NCBI GenBank assembly: GCA_041694815.1
Contig: JBGFSC010000033.1
Span: 90,609 to 154,608 of the forward strand
Length of the DNA: 64,000 bases
Source of the DNA: Elusimicrobiota bacterium
Lineage (GTDB): Bacteria; Elusimicrobiota; Elusimicrobia; UBA1565; JACRDR01
Reading direction: 5' to 3'
The notes below the pieces were generated by a model. It was not told the DNA's origin. It did not search any database and was given only the letters and a program-made list of their open reading frames with translations. The translations under genes and the position numbers were made by a program. This document shows, piece after piece, positions 37,602 to 47,128 of this stretch; positions within the stretch are counted from its first letter, which is position 1; each line of letters starts with the position of its first letter.

Positions 37602-38981
37602 TCAGTCGGCGTAGTGCTTTTGGTATTCCTCGACCGTGGCCAGGCGCCGGCCTCCCGCCGCGCGGCGCAGCCAATGCCGCGCCGCCCCCGCGCCCAAGAA
37701 GCCCAAGGCGTGGAGTTCCCGCAGGCGGGGATGCCTGCGCAGGAACCGTTTCATCGGCGGCCAGGGCCGCGGCCACGCGGCCGATTCTTCCACCGAGCCT
37801 CCGTCCAAGGTCAGGCGATGCGTCGAGCATTGCGCCTCCTTTCCCAGGCGGAGGCAGGCGGCGTCGGCGGCCTCCTGGGCCATGAGTCGGAAATCCGAGA
37901 GCTTGCCGCCGGCCAAGGTCATGAAGCCCTCAACGCCGTCGCGGAGGGAATGGTCAAAAAGCTCATATTCGCGCGAGAGAAGCTTTTCGTCGCCCGCCTG
38001 TCCGAGTATGGGCCGGACGCCGACGATTGCGCGGTCGAAGCGTTGGGGGAGGAGCTTGAGGTAGCGGCGCGCCGAGTCGAAAAGATAACGCAGCTCCTCG
38101 TCCTCGGGGTGGAGCTCGTCGGGCTCGCCGCCGAAGGCGAGATCGGTGGGGCCGACGAGGGTCTTGCCGGCCACCGGCACGACAAAGATGTAGCGGTCGC
38201 GGTCACGGGCCTCCAGCAGAAGGCCGAATGGCGGAGCGGCGCCCCGGAGCGGCTCGAGGGTCCCGTCGTAGACCAGGTGGGTCCCCTTCCTCAAGCGGAG
38301 CGGGATCCGAACACCGGCCAGGCGCGCGACGGAATCGACCCAAGGCCCCGCCGCGTTGACCGTGAGGGAGGCCTCAATCGGCTCGGAGCGCCCATCCTGC
38401 TCGACGAGGACGCCGCGGACCCGACCGCCTTCCTTGAGCAGCCCAGACGCGCGCGCTCCGACACGGAGCTCGGCCCCGTGCGTCGCGGCGGAATGCAGGT
38501 TCGCCTCGACGAGGGCGACGGGATCGACCCACCATTCGTCGAAGATCAGGGCTCCGAGCAGGCCTTCGGGTTCCAGGCCTCGGGCCAAACGAAGCGTTTC
38601 TCCGGCCGAGAGGCGTAGGTGAGTTCGGCCGAGCTTCATGCGTTGGAAGGAATCGTAGCTTTCCAGCAAGGTCTCGACCGTCTCCAGGCCTCGGCGATGC
38701 CAGCGGTAGACCGGCCATACGATCGGCAGGCGGCGCAGGAGCGCTCGCGCTATGCGGACGATATTGCCTGAATCCCAGCAGCTGTTGTGGGTGGTCAGTC
38801 GGTCATAGAGAAGGTAGCGCAACCCTCCGTGGATAAGATGCGTCGAGGCGGCGGTGGTGGCACGGCCCGGGCTGCCTTTTTCCAGTAGGACGCAGCGCAG
38901 TCCCCGCAGGGCGCAATCGCGCAGCAGCCCGGCGCCGGTGATGCCGCCGCCGATGATGGCAACGTCGTATGGTTCAGGCAT
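37602..38981 (-). CDS. glpD: FAD-dependent glycerol-3-phosphate dehydrogenase/oxidase
   Basis: DVAIIGGGITGAG, LIHGGLRYL, VNAAGPW.D, KGTHL, GVRP, GGKL..FR.MA. Confidence 0.82.
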   Translation of the reverse strand: MPEPYDVAIIGGGITGAGLLRDCALRGLRCVLLEKGSPGRATTAASTHLIHGGLRYLLYDRLTTHNSCWDSGNIVRIARALLRRLPIVWPVYRWHRRGLETVETLLESYDSFQRMKLGRTHLRLSAGETLRLARGLEPEGLLGALIFDEWWVDPVALVEANLHSAATHGAELRVGARASGLLKEGGRVRGVLVEQDGRSEPIEASLTVNAAGPWVDSVARLAGVRIPLRLRKGTHLVYDGTLEPLRGAAPPFGLLLEARDRDRYIFVVPVAGKTLVGPTDLAFGGEPDELHPEDEELRYLFDSARRYLKLLPQRFDRAIVGVRPILGQAGDEKLLSREYELFDHSLRDGVEGFMTLAGGKLSDFRLMAQEAADAACLRLGKEAQCSTHRLTLDGGSVEESAAWPRPWPPMKRFLRRHPRLRELHALGFLGAGAARHWLRRAAGGRRLATVEEYQKHYAD

Positions 38982-38986
38982 TTCCC

Positions 38987-39070
38987 GGTGCCAGGCATCC
39001 ACTTTCTTTACTTTCTACACTTTCTCTGAAGAGAAAGTGTAGAAAGTAAAGAAAGTGGATGCCTGGCACC
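38987..39070. repeat. Palindromic REP/MITE-like element, copy 2 (perfect 40-bp stem, 4-nt loop)
   Basis: GGTGCCAGGCATCCACTTTCTTTACTTTCTACACTTTCTC-TGAA-exact reverse complement. Confidence 0.9.
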
Positions 39071-39108
39071 ATTAGGCCAAAGTACCAAATTGCTATATTG
39101 GACGGGAA

Positions 39109-41346
39109 ATGACCCGGAGCGCTTTTTACCGGCTGCTCTTGGCGCTTGTCGTCCTCATCGCGATGAGCGCCTTTGCCCTCAGAAAGCTGCTGATGGGGCT
39201 GCCGCCTTACTACACCCTGGAGGAGTACAAGCCCGCCCTCACGACCCAGGTCTTCGATTCCAAGGACCAGATCATCGCCGAACTGTCGATCGAGCGCCGG
39301 GCATTGCTCGAGCTTTCCCAGATCCCCGTTGACCTCCAGAACGCCGTGATCGCCACCGAAGATAACGATTTCTTCCATCATTGGGGCATCTCGCCGAAGG
39401 GCATCGCGCGGGCGGCGATCCGCAATTTCTCGCAAGGGCGCGTGGTCCAGGGAGGCTCTACCCTGACGCAGCAATTGGCCAAGCTAATCTTCCTGTCTCC
39501 AGAGCGGAAATTCATCCGCAAGATTCGTGAGGTACTACTTGCCGTGCAATTGGAGCGGAACTTGAGCAAGGAGGAGATACTCCAGCTCTACCTCAACCAG
39601 ATTTTCTTCGGCCACGGGGCCTACGGAGTGCAGGCCGCCTCGCGCATCTACTTCGGTAAGGAGGTCGGGGAGTTGGCGCTGGGGGAATGCGCCCTGCTAG
39701 CCGGCCTCATCAAGTCCCCCGGCGGCTATTCCCCCTTCACCCATCCAGACCGCGCCGCCATGCGCAGGAAGCTGGTGCTCGGGCGCATGCTGGAGGAGAA
39801 ATACATCACCCAACAGGAGATGGACAAGGCACTGGCCGAGCCCTTGCCCGCGGTGCGCCCGCCGCAGGGCGGCATCAGCGCGCCCTTTTTCGTCGAATAC
39901 ATCCGGCGGAACCTCGAGCCCAAGTACGGCTACAACACTTATTGGAAAGGCGGACTCAAAATCTACACCACCCTCGACCTCGACATGCAGAAGGCGGCCG
40001 AGGAATCGATGGAGAAGGCGTTGGCGGAATTCGACCTCAAGGCCGCCAAGGAGTGGGAGCGCAAGCTCGCCGAAGAGCAGGCGGCGGGCATTGATCCGCC
40101 CACCATCTCCACCTCCCCGCCGGCGCCCATTCAAGGCGCTTTCATCATGATGGACGTCAAGACTGGCGCCATCCGCGCGATGATCGGCGGTCGCGGCGAC
40201 TCGCAGTTCAACCGCGCGACCCAGGCCGTCCGCCAGCCGGGTTCGACCTTCAAGCCTTTCGTATGGGCGGCAGCCCTCGACTCGGGAATGAACGCCGCGT
40301 CCCTGGTCAACGATGCGTCATTGGCCTACTATTATGACGGGCGCGACTGGCGCCTCCTGGAGGGGACGACGGACCAATACGCGGTCACCCTGGCGACCAT
40401 GTCGCTGGCGCAGTCGAGGGACTTCAAGATATGGGTGCCGGGGAATTTCGACGGCAAGTTTTTCGGCGTGATCTCGCTGCGTAAGGCGCTAGCCAAATCG
40501 CGTAACGTCGTGTCAGTGCGCCTCATCGAGCATATCGGCCCGCCTAAGGTCGTGGAGCTGGCACACCGCGCGGGCATACGCTCCTCGCTCGATCCCGTGC
40601 TGGCCCTGGGCTTGGGCTCGACCGTCACGAGCCCCCTCGAAATGGCCAGCGCCTTCGGGACATTCGCCAACGGCGGCATACGCGTCGACCCCTTCTCCGT
40701 GCTGCGGGTCGAAGATAGCTCCGGCAAGGAGCTGCAGCGCCATGTCCCGAAGGAGGCCGAGGCGATGAGCCCCCAGCTGGCGTACCTGACGACGAACCTG
40801 ATGAAGGCCGTCGTCGATGAGGGCACCGCCCGCTACGCGCGCCGCCTGCGGCGGCCGCTAGCCGGCAAGACCGGCACGACCAATGAGAACCGGGACCTCT
40901 GGTTCATCGGGTTCACTCCCGACCTGGTCGCGGCGGCATGGATGGGCTACGACAACGACGCCTCGCTGGGCCGCAAGGACTGGACGGGAGGCTCGACCGT
41001 CGTTCCATGGTGGACGGAAATCATGGGAAAGGTCCTTCAAGATTATCCGGCGAGGGATTTCCCCGTGCCCGAGCGCGTCGTGTTCCACAAGATCGACGCC
41101 GATACGGGGCTTCTGGCCGGCCCCGACTGCCAGCACGTGCTATTGGAGGCCTTCTTGAAGGGTAACGAGCCGACTTCCGTGTGCTCCGCCGACCATACCA
41201 AGCCGCTGGAGCTTTCCCCGACCTTCGAGGCGACCGAGGAGCCGACCGCGGCAGCCTTGAGCCCAGAGACCACCCCGCAAATCGCGGCACCGGAATCGCT
41301 CGAGGAGCCCTTGGATGAGAGCGACGGGGCCTTTGTCGAGGATTAG
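39109..41346 (+). CDS. Class A penicillin-binding protein 1A
   Basis: N-terminal TM; transglycosylase EDNDFFHHWG, GGSTLTQQLAK, RKIRE; transpeptidase STFK, SRN, KTG. Confidence 0.95.
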   Translation: MTRSAFYRLLLALVVLIAMSAFALRKLLMGLPPYYTLEEYKPALTTQVFDSKDQIIAELSIERRALLELSQIPVDLQNAVIATEDNDFFHHWGISPKGIARAAIRNFSQGRVVQGGSTLTQQLAKLIFLSPERKFIRKIREVLLAVQLERNLSKEEILQLYLNQIFFGHGAYGVQAASRIYFGKEVGELALGECALLAGLIKSPGGYSPFTHPDRAAMRRKLVLGRMLEEKYITQQEMDKALAEPLPAVRPPQGGISAPFFVEYIRRNLEPKYGYNTYWKGGLKIYTTLDLDMQKAAEESMEKALAEFDLKAAKEWERKLAEEQAAGIDPPTISTSPPAPIQGAFIMMDVKTGAIRAMIGGRGDSQFNRATQAVRQPGSTFKPFVWAAALDSGMNAASLVNDASLAYYYDGRDWRLLEGTTDQYAVTLATMSLAQSRDFKIWVPGNFDGKFFGVISLRKALAKSRNVVSVRLIEHIGPPKVVELAHRAGIRSSLDPVLALGLGSTVTSPLEMASAFGTFANGGIRVDPFSVLRVEDSSGKELQRHVPKEAEAMSPQLAYLTTNLMKAVVDEGTARYARRLRRPLAGKTGTTNENRDLWFIGFTPDLVAAAWMGYDNDASLGRKDWTGGSTVVPWWTEIMGKVLQDYPARDFPVPERVVFHKIDADTGLLAGPDCQHVLLEAFLKGNEPTSVCSADHTKPLELSPTFEATEEPTAAALSPETTPQIAAPESLEEPLDESDGAFVED

Positions 41347-42392
41347 GCGTTCAAATAAACGCGCGGCAGGCGGGGGCTGGCGGCGGTCTTGCGGATCGGA
41401 AGGAAGACGGCGTCCCCGGGCTTGGCATCGGGAACGCGGCTGACATCGAGCATGGCGTGCGAGATGCCGCAGCGGCCGATGAAGGGTGCCTGCTTCCCCT
41501 TGAGCATGCCCCAGTACTGCAGTCCCCTCCCGAAGCTGATAAGCCGCTCGACCGGTTCCATGGTGAGGCCGTCAGAGTAGCCGGCAGGGACCGTCGCCAC
41601 GGTCATCGCCCTTGGCGCGATGTACTCGCTCCCATAGCCGACGGCCGCGCCCTTGCGTATGCGCGCGACCCTGATGATGCGCGCGCAGAATTTCCACGGG
41701 TTTCTCAGCGAAGCGGGTGCCGATGCCGGGTTGAAGCCATAGAGGAGATTGCCGATACGGACCATGTCCATCTGCCAATGGGGGAAATCCAGGAGGATTG
41801 AGGTGTTGGCTGCGTGACGGAGCACGGCGGTACGGCCGCCCAATAGGCGGCGAGAGAGGCGGTCGAAATGGCTCAATTTCTTCTCCGCCTCGACGGCGTT
41901 CTTGCCCGGGACGTAGTCGAGGTGCGTGGACAATCCCCGCAGCACGAGGCGCGTGCGCCCGAGCCGCCCCAGGAACCCTTCCAGGCTTTCCGGTGCGACG
42001 CCCCAGCGCCGCAGGCCATAGTCGACGTCCACGTGCACCGGGAGTCGGCTGGCTCTGAGCTCGAGCGCCCGGATCAGTTCGAGCGAATCGACGGTGGCCT
42101 CCAGACGCGCGCGCGCCGCCGACGCCGCTTGGCCGGGAAGGATGGGCGAGAGGAGGACGATCGGGGCCTTGATCCCGGAGCCGCGGAGCTCGAGCGCCTC
42201 CTCGAGGGTGAGCACGCCAAGGCAGTCGACCCGGGGGCCTAGGGCCCTGGCCACGGCGGCGGCGCCGTGGCCGTAGGCGTCGGCTTTGACCACCGCCATC
42301 AATCGGACGCCCGGTCGAAGCCGGCCGCGGACCCAGGCTAGGTTGCTCCGGATGGCGCCCAGGTCCACCTCGATCCACTTAAGAAAATCCAT
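41343..42392 (-). CDS. alr: Alanine racemase family protein (divergent)
   Basis: AVVKADAYGHG, HAANT, MVRIG.LLYG, VGYG, GYSDG. Confidence 0.85.
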   Translation of the reverse strand: MDFLKWIEVDLGAIRSNLAWVRGRLRPGVRLMAVVKADAYGHGAAAVARALGPRVDCLGVLTLEEALELRGSGIKAPIVLLSPILPGQAASAARARLEATVDSLELIRALELRASRLPVHVDVDYGLRRWGVAPESLEGFLGRLGRTRLVLRGLSTHLDYVPGKNAVEAEKKLSHFDRLSRRLLGGRTAVLRHAANTSILLDFPHWQMDMVRIGNLLYGFNPASAPASLRNPWKFCARIIRVARIRKGAAVGYGSEYIAPRAMTVATVPAGYSDGLTMEPVERLISFGRGLQYWGMLKGKQAPFIGRCGISHAMLDVSRVPDAKPGDAVFLPIRKTAASPRLPRVYLNA

Positions 42393-42422
42393 CGGCAAAA
42401 GTATATCAAACGGAGGAAAGTA

Positions 42423-42508
42423 AGGTGTCAGACTTCAACTTTTTAAACTTTTGCAACTTATTTGATCGAGAAAGTTCCAAAAGTTTAAAAAGTTGAAGTC
42501 TGACACCT
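42423..42508. repeat. Palindromic REP/MITE-like element, divergent copy 3
   Basis: Perfect 31-bp arms AGGTGTCAGACTTCAACTTTTTAAACTTTTG; similar ends, length and internal 9-nt periodicity to copies 1-2. Confidence 0.85.
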
Positions 42509-42573
42509 AATGCCTCCTAATGCCTTTGCCGCTTCGAGGCAATAGTTGGTATCATGCCGCTATCGCCTCCTAG

Positions 42574-44016
42574 ATGAAGTCTTTACGGTTGTTTCGTTCC
42601 GTTCGCTTCAACATCGGCCTCTTCTTCGCGATCGCCGTCGCCTCGGCGATCGGCACCCTGCTCCCGCAGGCGCCCGAGACTCCGGAGAAGGTCGACGTTT
42701 TCATGCGCGCGTACCCTTTCTGGGGCAGGCTCTTCGGGGCCTTGGGCCTTTTCCATCTCTACCAAAGCTGGTGGTACCTGGGGATGCTGGTGCTCATGGC
42801 CTTCGACATCGTCGTCTGCAAGTTGTGGAAGACTCCCCCGGACCCAGGGTTAGTGTCCATGCCGCCGGAGCTAGCACCGGAGGCAGACATGGAAGGGGAA
42901 TTCGACAAGGCCGCAGCCTCGCTGAGGCTCAAGCCCATGCACGCCTCCTTCCTCATTGAGGAGCCTCCGGCGCAGGTCGTCGGCCGGCTCCGGGCCTTCA
43001 TGGAGAAGGAGGGCTACCGGATTCAGGAGGCCTTGAGGGAGGAAAAGTCGGCCCGTTGGTCCTTGGTCGGGACGCGGCATCGTCTGCAGCGCTGGGGCTC
43101 CTATGTCGCCCACGTGGCCCTCGTCGTGATCCTGCTGGGCGGGCTCATCAAGCAGCTCTACGGCTTCGTGGAGATGGTCCCGGTGCTCGAGGGCCGCTCA
43201 CGAAACATGCAGAACAAGCCCGATTGGGAGCTGTTCGTCGACAAATTCACCGTGCAGTATTACGAAGGTACGGCGACCCCCAAACGCTTCGCCTCCGACC
43301 TGCGGGTCGAGAAGAACGGTGAGGAGCTGGGCCGCAAGACCATCATCGTCAATGATCCGCTCGACATAGGCGGCGTGCGCTTTTATCAGGCCTCCTGGGG
43401 CGCGGGGGGGATGTTCCGAAGCGTGACGCTTCGCCTCGGCCGTCAGGAGCTGCAGCTGCCTCAACGCACGGCCCTGCCCATCCCCGGCACGAAGATCCAT
43501 GCTGTCGCCGAGATGATGCTGCCCAATTTCACCGTCGGCGCCGATGGACGCGCCGACTCCGCGTCCTTAGACTTGAAGAATCCCGCCGTCAAGCTCGTGT
43601 TCAAGGTGGGTGGGGTACCTACGCGTCCGCTGTGGCTGCTGCAGCGCTCGCCCGAGGTGGCTTTCGCGGAGGGAGACGACGGAGTGTTGAGCCATATCCC
43701 CCCGCCGCCGTTTAAGCTCGCCGAGATCGATCCTATCCTTTTTTCCGGGATCCAGGTCGCCTACGATCCCGGCTTCAAGGTGGTCTTGGGCGGCGCCGTG
43801 GCGTGGCTCGTTGGCATGATTCTTCTCTTCTACCTGCACCGCCGCCGCTTCTGGTTCCTGGTCGGGCCGGCGCAGGGCGACGGGCGGGCGCAGGTGCTTA
43901 TCGGAGCGTGGAGCTCGCGGGGTTCTCAGGAATTCCAGAAGGAATTTAACGCCTTTGTCGGCCGTCTCCAGCTGGAATTGGGCGGGGGCGCGCCGGGCTT
44001 AAGCCCGGCGCCGTGA
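42574..44016 (+). CDS. resB: Cytochrome c biogenesis system II protein ResB/Ccs1
   Basis: ASAIGTLLPQ, LGLFHLYQSWWY, HVALVVILLGG, VNDPL..GGV.FYQASW, SGIQV.YDPG. Confidence 0.9.
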   Translation: MKSLRLFRSVRFNIGLFFAIAVASAIGTLLPQAPETPEKVDVFMRAYPFWGRLFGALGLFHLYQSWWYLGMLVLMAFDIVVCKLWKTPPDPGLVSMPPELAPEADMEGEFDKAAASLRLKPMHASFLIEEPPAQVVGRLRAFMEKEGYRIQEALREEKSARWSLVGTRHRLQRWGSYVAHVALVVILLGGLIKQLYGFVEMVPVLEGRSRNMQNKPDWELFVDKFTVQYYEGTATPKRFASDLRVEKNGEELGRKTIIVNDPLDIGGVRFYQASWGAGGMFRSVTLRLGRQELQLPQRTALPIPGTKIHAVAEMMLPNFTVGADGRADSASLDLKNPAVKLVFKVGGVPTRPLWLLQRSPEVAFAEGDDGVLSHIPPPPFKLAEIDPILFSGIQVAYDPGFKVVLGGAVAWLVGMILLFYLHRRRFWFLVGPAQGDGRAQVLIGAWSSRGSQEFQKEFNAFVGRLQLELGGGAPGLSPAP

Positions 44017-44030
44017 TCATTGGAGGAGAC

Positions 44031-44888
44031 ATGGAACTGAAACTGTTCGCCGCTTCGGCGGCTTTTTATACCGCGGCCACGGCGCTGGGCTTCGCGTACC
44101 TTTTCTCCAAGGACGAGCGCTGGAGCCTCTGGATGCTCCGTCTGCTCGGCGCCGGAGTCCTGCTCCATCTGGCCTCCTTCGGCCTGCGGCTTAAGCTCTT
44201 CTGGGAGATTCCCGAGAACCGCTTCTTCTTCCCCATTAATTCGTTCTTCGGAGCCCTCTCATTCCTGGCCCTGGCCGTCTCGGTCACGTTCTTCCTCGTC
44301 GAGGGGCGGCACCGGCTCGGCATCCTCGGCGCTTTCGTGCTTCCCTGGGCGTGCCTCGCCTCGTGGGGAGCCCTCTGGCGCGCCCAAGCGATGCAGGGAA
44401 CCGAGATCCACGGCCTGGTGCCGGCGCTGCAAAGCTATTGGATCAACATACACCCGATGGTGCTCATGGCTTCCTACGCCGTCTTCGGCAACGCCTTCGG
44501 TGTGGGCCTGGCGCTTCTCGTGCAGGAAAGGCAGGTGAAGTCCCGCAAGCCCGGCGAATTGTGTTACCGCCTTCCTGCGATCGAGGAGCTCGATAATCTC
44601 AATTACAAGCTGATCGTCACTGGTTTTCCGATCCTCACTGTGGGCATCATCATGGGAGGCATTTGGGCCTACGGCGCCTGGGGCCGCTTCTGGGGCTGGG
44701 ACCCCAAAGAAACATGGGCGCTGATCACGGCGCTCGTCTATGCCGCCTATCTTCATATGCGCTTCATCGCCGGCTGGCGGGGCCGCAAGGCGGTGTATAT
44801 GTCGATGTTCGGCTTCGCCTGCGTGGTCTTCACTTTCATTGGCGTCAATTTCTTGAGCGAATTGCATGGATACTTGTCCAACGGTTGA
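44031..44888 (+). CDS. ccsA: Cytochrome c biogenesis protein CcsA/ResC
   Basis: GGAGGA RBS; PALQSYWINIH; WWD domain WGRFWGWDPKETW; YLH; C-terminal LHGY. Confidence 0.93.
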   Translation: MELKLFAASAAFYTAATALGFAYLFSKDERWSLWMLRLLGAGVLLHLASFGLRLKLFWEIPENRFFFPINSFFGALSFLALAVSVTFFLVEGRHRLGILGAFVLPWACLASWGALWRAQAMQGTEIHGLVPALQSYWINIHPMVLMASYAVFGNAFGVGLALLVQERQVKSRKPGELCYRLPAIEELDNLNYKLIVTGFPILTVGIIMGGIWAYGAWGRFWGWDPKETWALITALVYAAYLHMRFIAGWRGRKAVYMSMFGFACVVFTFIGVNFLSELHGYLSNG

Positions 44889-44925
44889 ATCCATCGGCGA
44901 ATCCGGAGCCGCCGTTTTGCCGAGA

Positions 44926-45180
44926 GCTTTAACAACGGACGCGGCAGCATCTTCGCGAGTATTCCGCGCTTGGCGCCGCAGGCGCCAAGCCACGCGCCCG
45001 AGGCGCGTAAAAGTTGCCGTTCATCCCGAGGGCTTTAACAACGGACGCGGCGCCGACCGGAGTGTCGGCGCCGGACTTCGTCGCGCTTCGCGCGACGAAG
45101 TTCGAGGTTTCTCGCGAGTATTCCGCGCTTGGCGCCGCAGGCGCCAAGCCACGCGCCCGAGGCGCGTAGAAGTTGCCGTT
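44926..45180. repeat. Structured intergenic direct repeat (BIME-like mosaic)
   Basis: 20-bp unit at 44926-44945 and 45032-45051; 69-bp unit at 44953-45021 and 45112-45180 (1 mismatch); several GC-rich hairpins. Confidence 0.85.
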
Positions 45181-45185
45181 TTGCC

Positions 45186-46229
45186 ATGATCGTCGCCGCA
45201 GGCGTAAGCCATAAGACCTGTCCGGTCGAGCTTCGCGAGAGGCTGGCGGCGCTGCGCCCGCCGGAGGCGCTGGACCGCCTCCAGTCCGAGGGTTGGAAGG
45301 AGGCGGTGGTCCTTTCCACCTGCAACCGCTTCGAGGTCTACGCCCCTGCCGCGGCCCCGGACGACGAGCTCAAGGAGCTTCGCCGCGTGCTGGAGCGATG
45401 GGCCGGCGCCCCGCTCCAGGACCATCTCTACGGATACCGGGGCCCGGAGGCCATCGGCCACCTCCTTCATGTGGCCTCGGGGCTCGATTCGCTGGTGCTG
45501 GGAGAAGCCGAGATTTTAGGGCAGGTGAAGGAGGCCTATGAGCTCTCGCGCCAGGCTCGGATGACCGGGAAGTTCACGAACGTGCTGTTCCAGCGCGCGC
45601 TTTACGTGGGCAAGAAAGTGCGCAGCGACACCGGCATCGCGCTGGGGCATACCTCGGTGGCCTCCGTCGCCGTCAACCTGGCCGAGCGCATCTTCGGCAG
45701 CCTCAGGGAAAGCGCGGTGCTGATCCTGGGCGCCGGCAAGATGGCCGAATTGACGTCGAAGCATCTCTCCAGCGGCAAGATATCCAAGCTGCTCGTCGCC
45801 AACCGCACCTGGGAGCGGGGCCGGGAGCTGGCCGAGCGCTTCAAGGCGCAGGCGCTTCGCTGGGAGGAGTTCCCGTCGGCGCTGGAAGCCGTCGACATCG
45901 TCATCGCCTCAACCGGCGCCCCCCAACCCGTCCTGACCCGCGAGCTCGTGGCGCGGGCGGCCTCGGCCCGCCTCGGCCGGTCGCTGTTCATCATTGACAT
46001 CGCGATGCCGCGCGACGCCGAGGAATCGGTCAGTCGGATCGACCACGTCTATCTCTACACGATGGCCGATCTCGAGGGGATCGTCCGCGAGAATTTGGCC
46101 CGGCGCGGGGCCGAGCTGGAGGCGGCGCGGGCCTTGGTCGAGGCCAAGACGAAGGAATTCTCCCGTTGGGCGGAGTCCCTGGCCTCCGGCGCCGAGATCA
46201 GCCTCCGGCATTCCCTCCAGCAGCCGTGA
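45186..46229 (+). CDS. hemA: Glutamyl-tRNA reductase (short, 347 aa)
   Basis: GVSHKT.PVELRE, LSTCNRFE, SGLDSLVLGEAEILGQVK, LGAGKM, DIAMPRD. Confidence 0.93.
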   Translation: MIVAAGVSHKTCPVELRERLAALRPPEALDRLQSEGWKEAVVLSTCNRFEVYAPAAAPDDELKELRRVLERWAGAPLQDHLYGYRGPEAIGHLLHVASGLDSLVLGEAEILGQVKEAYELSRQARMTGKFTNVLFQRALYVGKKVRSDTGIALGHTSVASVAVNLAERIFGSLRESAVLILGAGKMAELTSKHLSSGKISKLLVANRTWERGRELAERFKAQALRWEEFPSALEAVDIVIASTGAPQPVLTRELVARAASARLGRSLFIIDIAMPRDAEESVSRIDHVYLYTMADLEGIVRENLARRGAELEAARALVEAKTKEFSRWAESLASGAEISLRHSLQQP

Positions 46230-47128
46230 GGCTGCGCTACGGTACCCGCGGCTCGGCCTTGGCCCTGGCCCAATCGGCTTGGGTGGCCGAGCGGCTCAAG
46301 GAGGCGGGGGCGGTGGAGACGGAAAGGACGATCATCCACACCAGCGGGGACCGTTTCTCCGCGCAGCAGCCCCCGGACGCGCCCTCGGGACCCGCCGAGA
46401 ACGTCAAGGCCATGTTCGTCAAGGAAATAGAGGAGGCGCTGCTCAAGGGGGAAATCGACTTCGCCGTCCATTCGGCCAAGGATTTGCCCGCCGCCCTGCC
46501 CGAGGGCCTCACGATCGCGGCATACCCGGCGCGGGAGGACCCGCGCGACGTCTATATCGGCTCGGCCGAGTGCCCCGCCTGGGAAAGCTCCGGGCGCTCG
46601 AAGCCCGTCGGCACTAGCTCGCTGCGCCGCAGGATACAGCTGGGCCTCTCGAACCCGCAAGCCTCCTTCGCGCCGCTGCGAGGCAATGTCGACACGAGGC
46701 TGCGCCGGCTGGCCGCCGGTGAGTTTTCCGGGATCGTGCTGGCGCGGGCCGGGCTGCGCCGGCTCGGCCTTTCGGCCACCCGGCAGCAGCTGTTGCCCGT
46801 CGAATTGCTGGTGCCGGCTCCGGGCCAGGGGGCCTTGGCCATCGAGGCTCGGGCCGAGGAGCCCGAGCTACTGGCGGCCTTGGGCGTGCTCGAGCATCGC
46901 GAAACCCGGTTGGCCGTCGAATGCGAGCGCGCGCTGCTCGAGGAGCTGGGGGCCGGGTGCCAGACTCCGCTCGGGGTGCTCGCGGAAGTGCAGGGGCGAA
47001 GCACGCACCTTAACGTTTTCTGGGCCGATGAGAAGGGCGGGCGGCCGATCCGCCGAAGCGAGACCGTGGAGACGGCCGCCGCGCTGGAGTTCGCCCGCGC
47101 CCTGGCGCAAGAATTGCGCAATGCCTGA
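46226..47128 (+). CDS. hemC: Hydroxymethylbilane synthase
   Basis: GTRGSALALAQ, FVKEIE, AVHSAKD, GTSSLRR, RGNVDTRL, PAPGQGAL, GCQTP. Confidence 0.95.
   Translation: MRLRYGTRGSALALAQSAWVAERLKEAGAVETERTIIHTSGDRFSAQQPPDAPSGPAENVKAMFVKEIEEALLKGEIDFAVHSAKDLPAALPEGLTIAAYPAREDPRDVYIGSAECPAWESSGRSKPVGTSSLRRRIQLGLSNPQASFAPLRGNVDTRLRRLAAGEFSGIVLARAGLRRLGLSATRQQLLPVELLVPAPGQGALAIEARAEEPELLAALGVLEHRETRLAVECERALLEELGAGCQTPLGVLAEVQGRSTHLNVFWADEKGGRPIRRSETVETAAALEFARALAQELRNA

Noticed and set aside
44926..45180. CRISPR array or tRNA
   Set aside because: Only two copies of each unit, no regular repeat-spacer period, no cas genes, and no cloverleaf with T-loop consensus.
18438..47120. Long N-terminal extensions in the ORF track (18438, 19472, 28850, 29134, 30158, 31969, 32646, 36688, 46686) as fusions or frameshifts
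   Set aside because: Each overlaps the upstream gene in another frame; homology starts at a downstream ATG/GTG that abuts or overlaps the previous stop.
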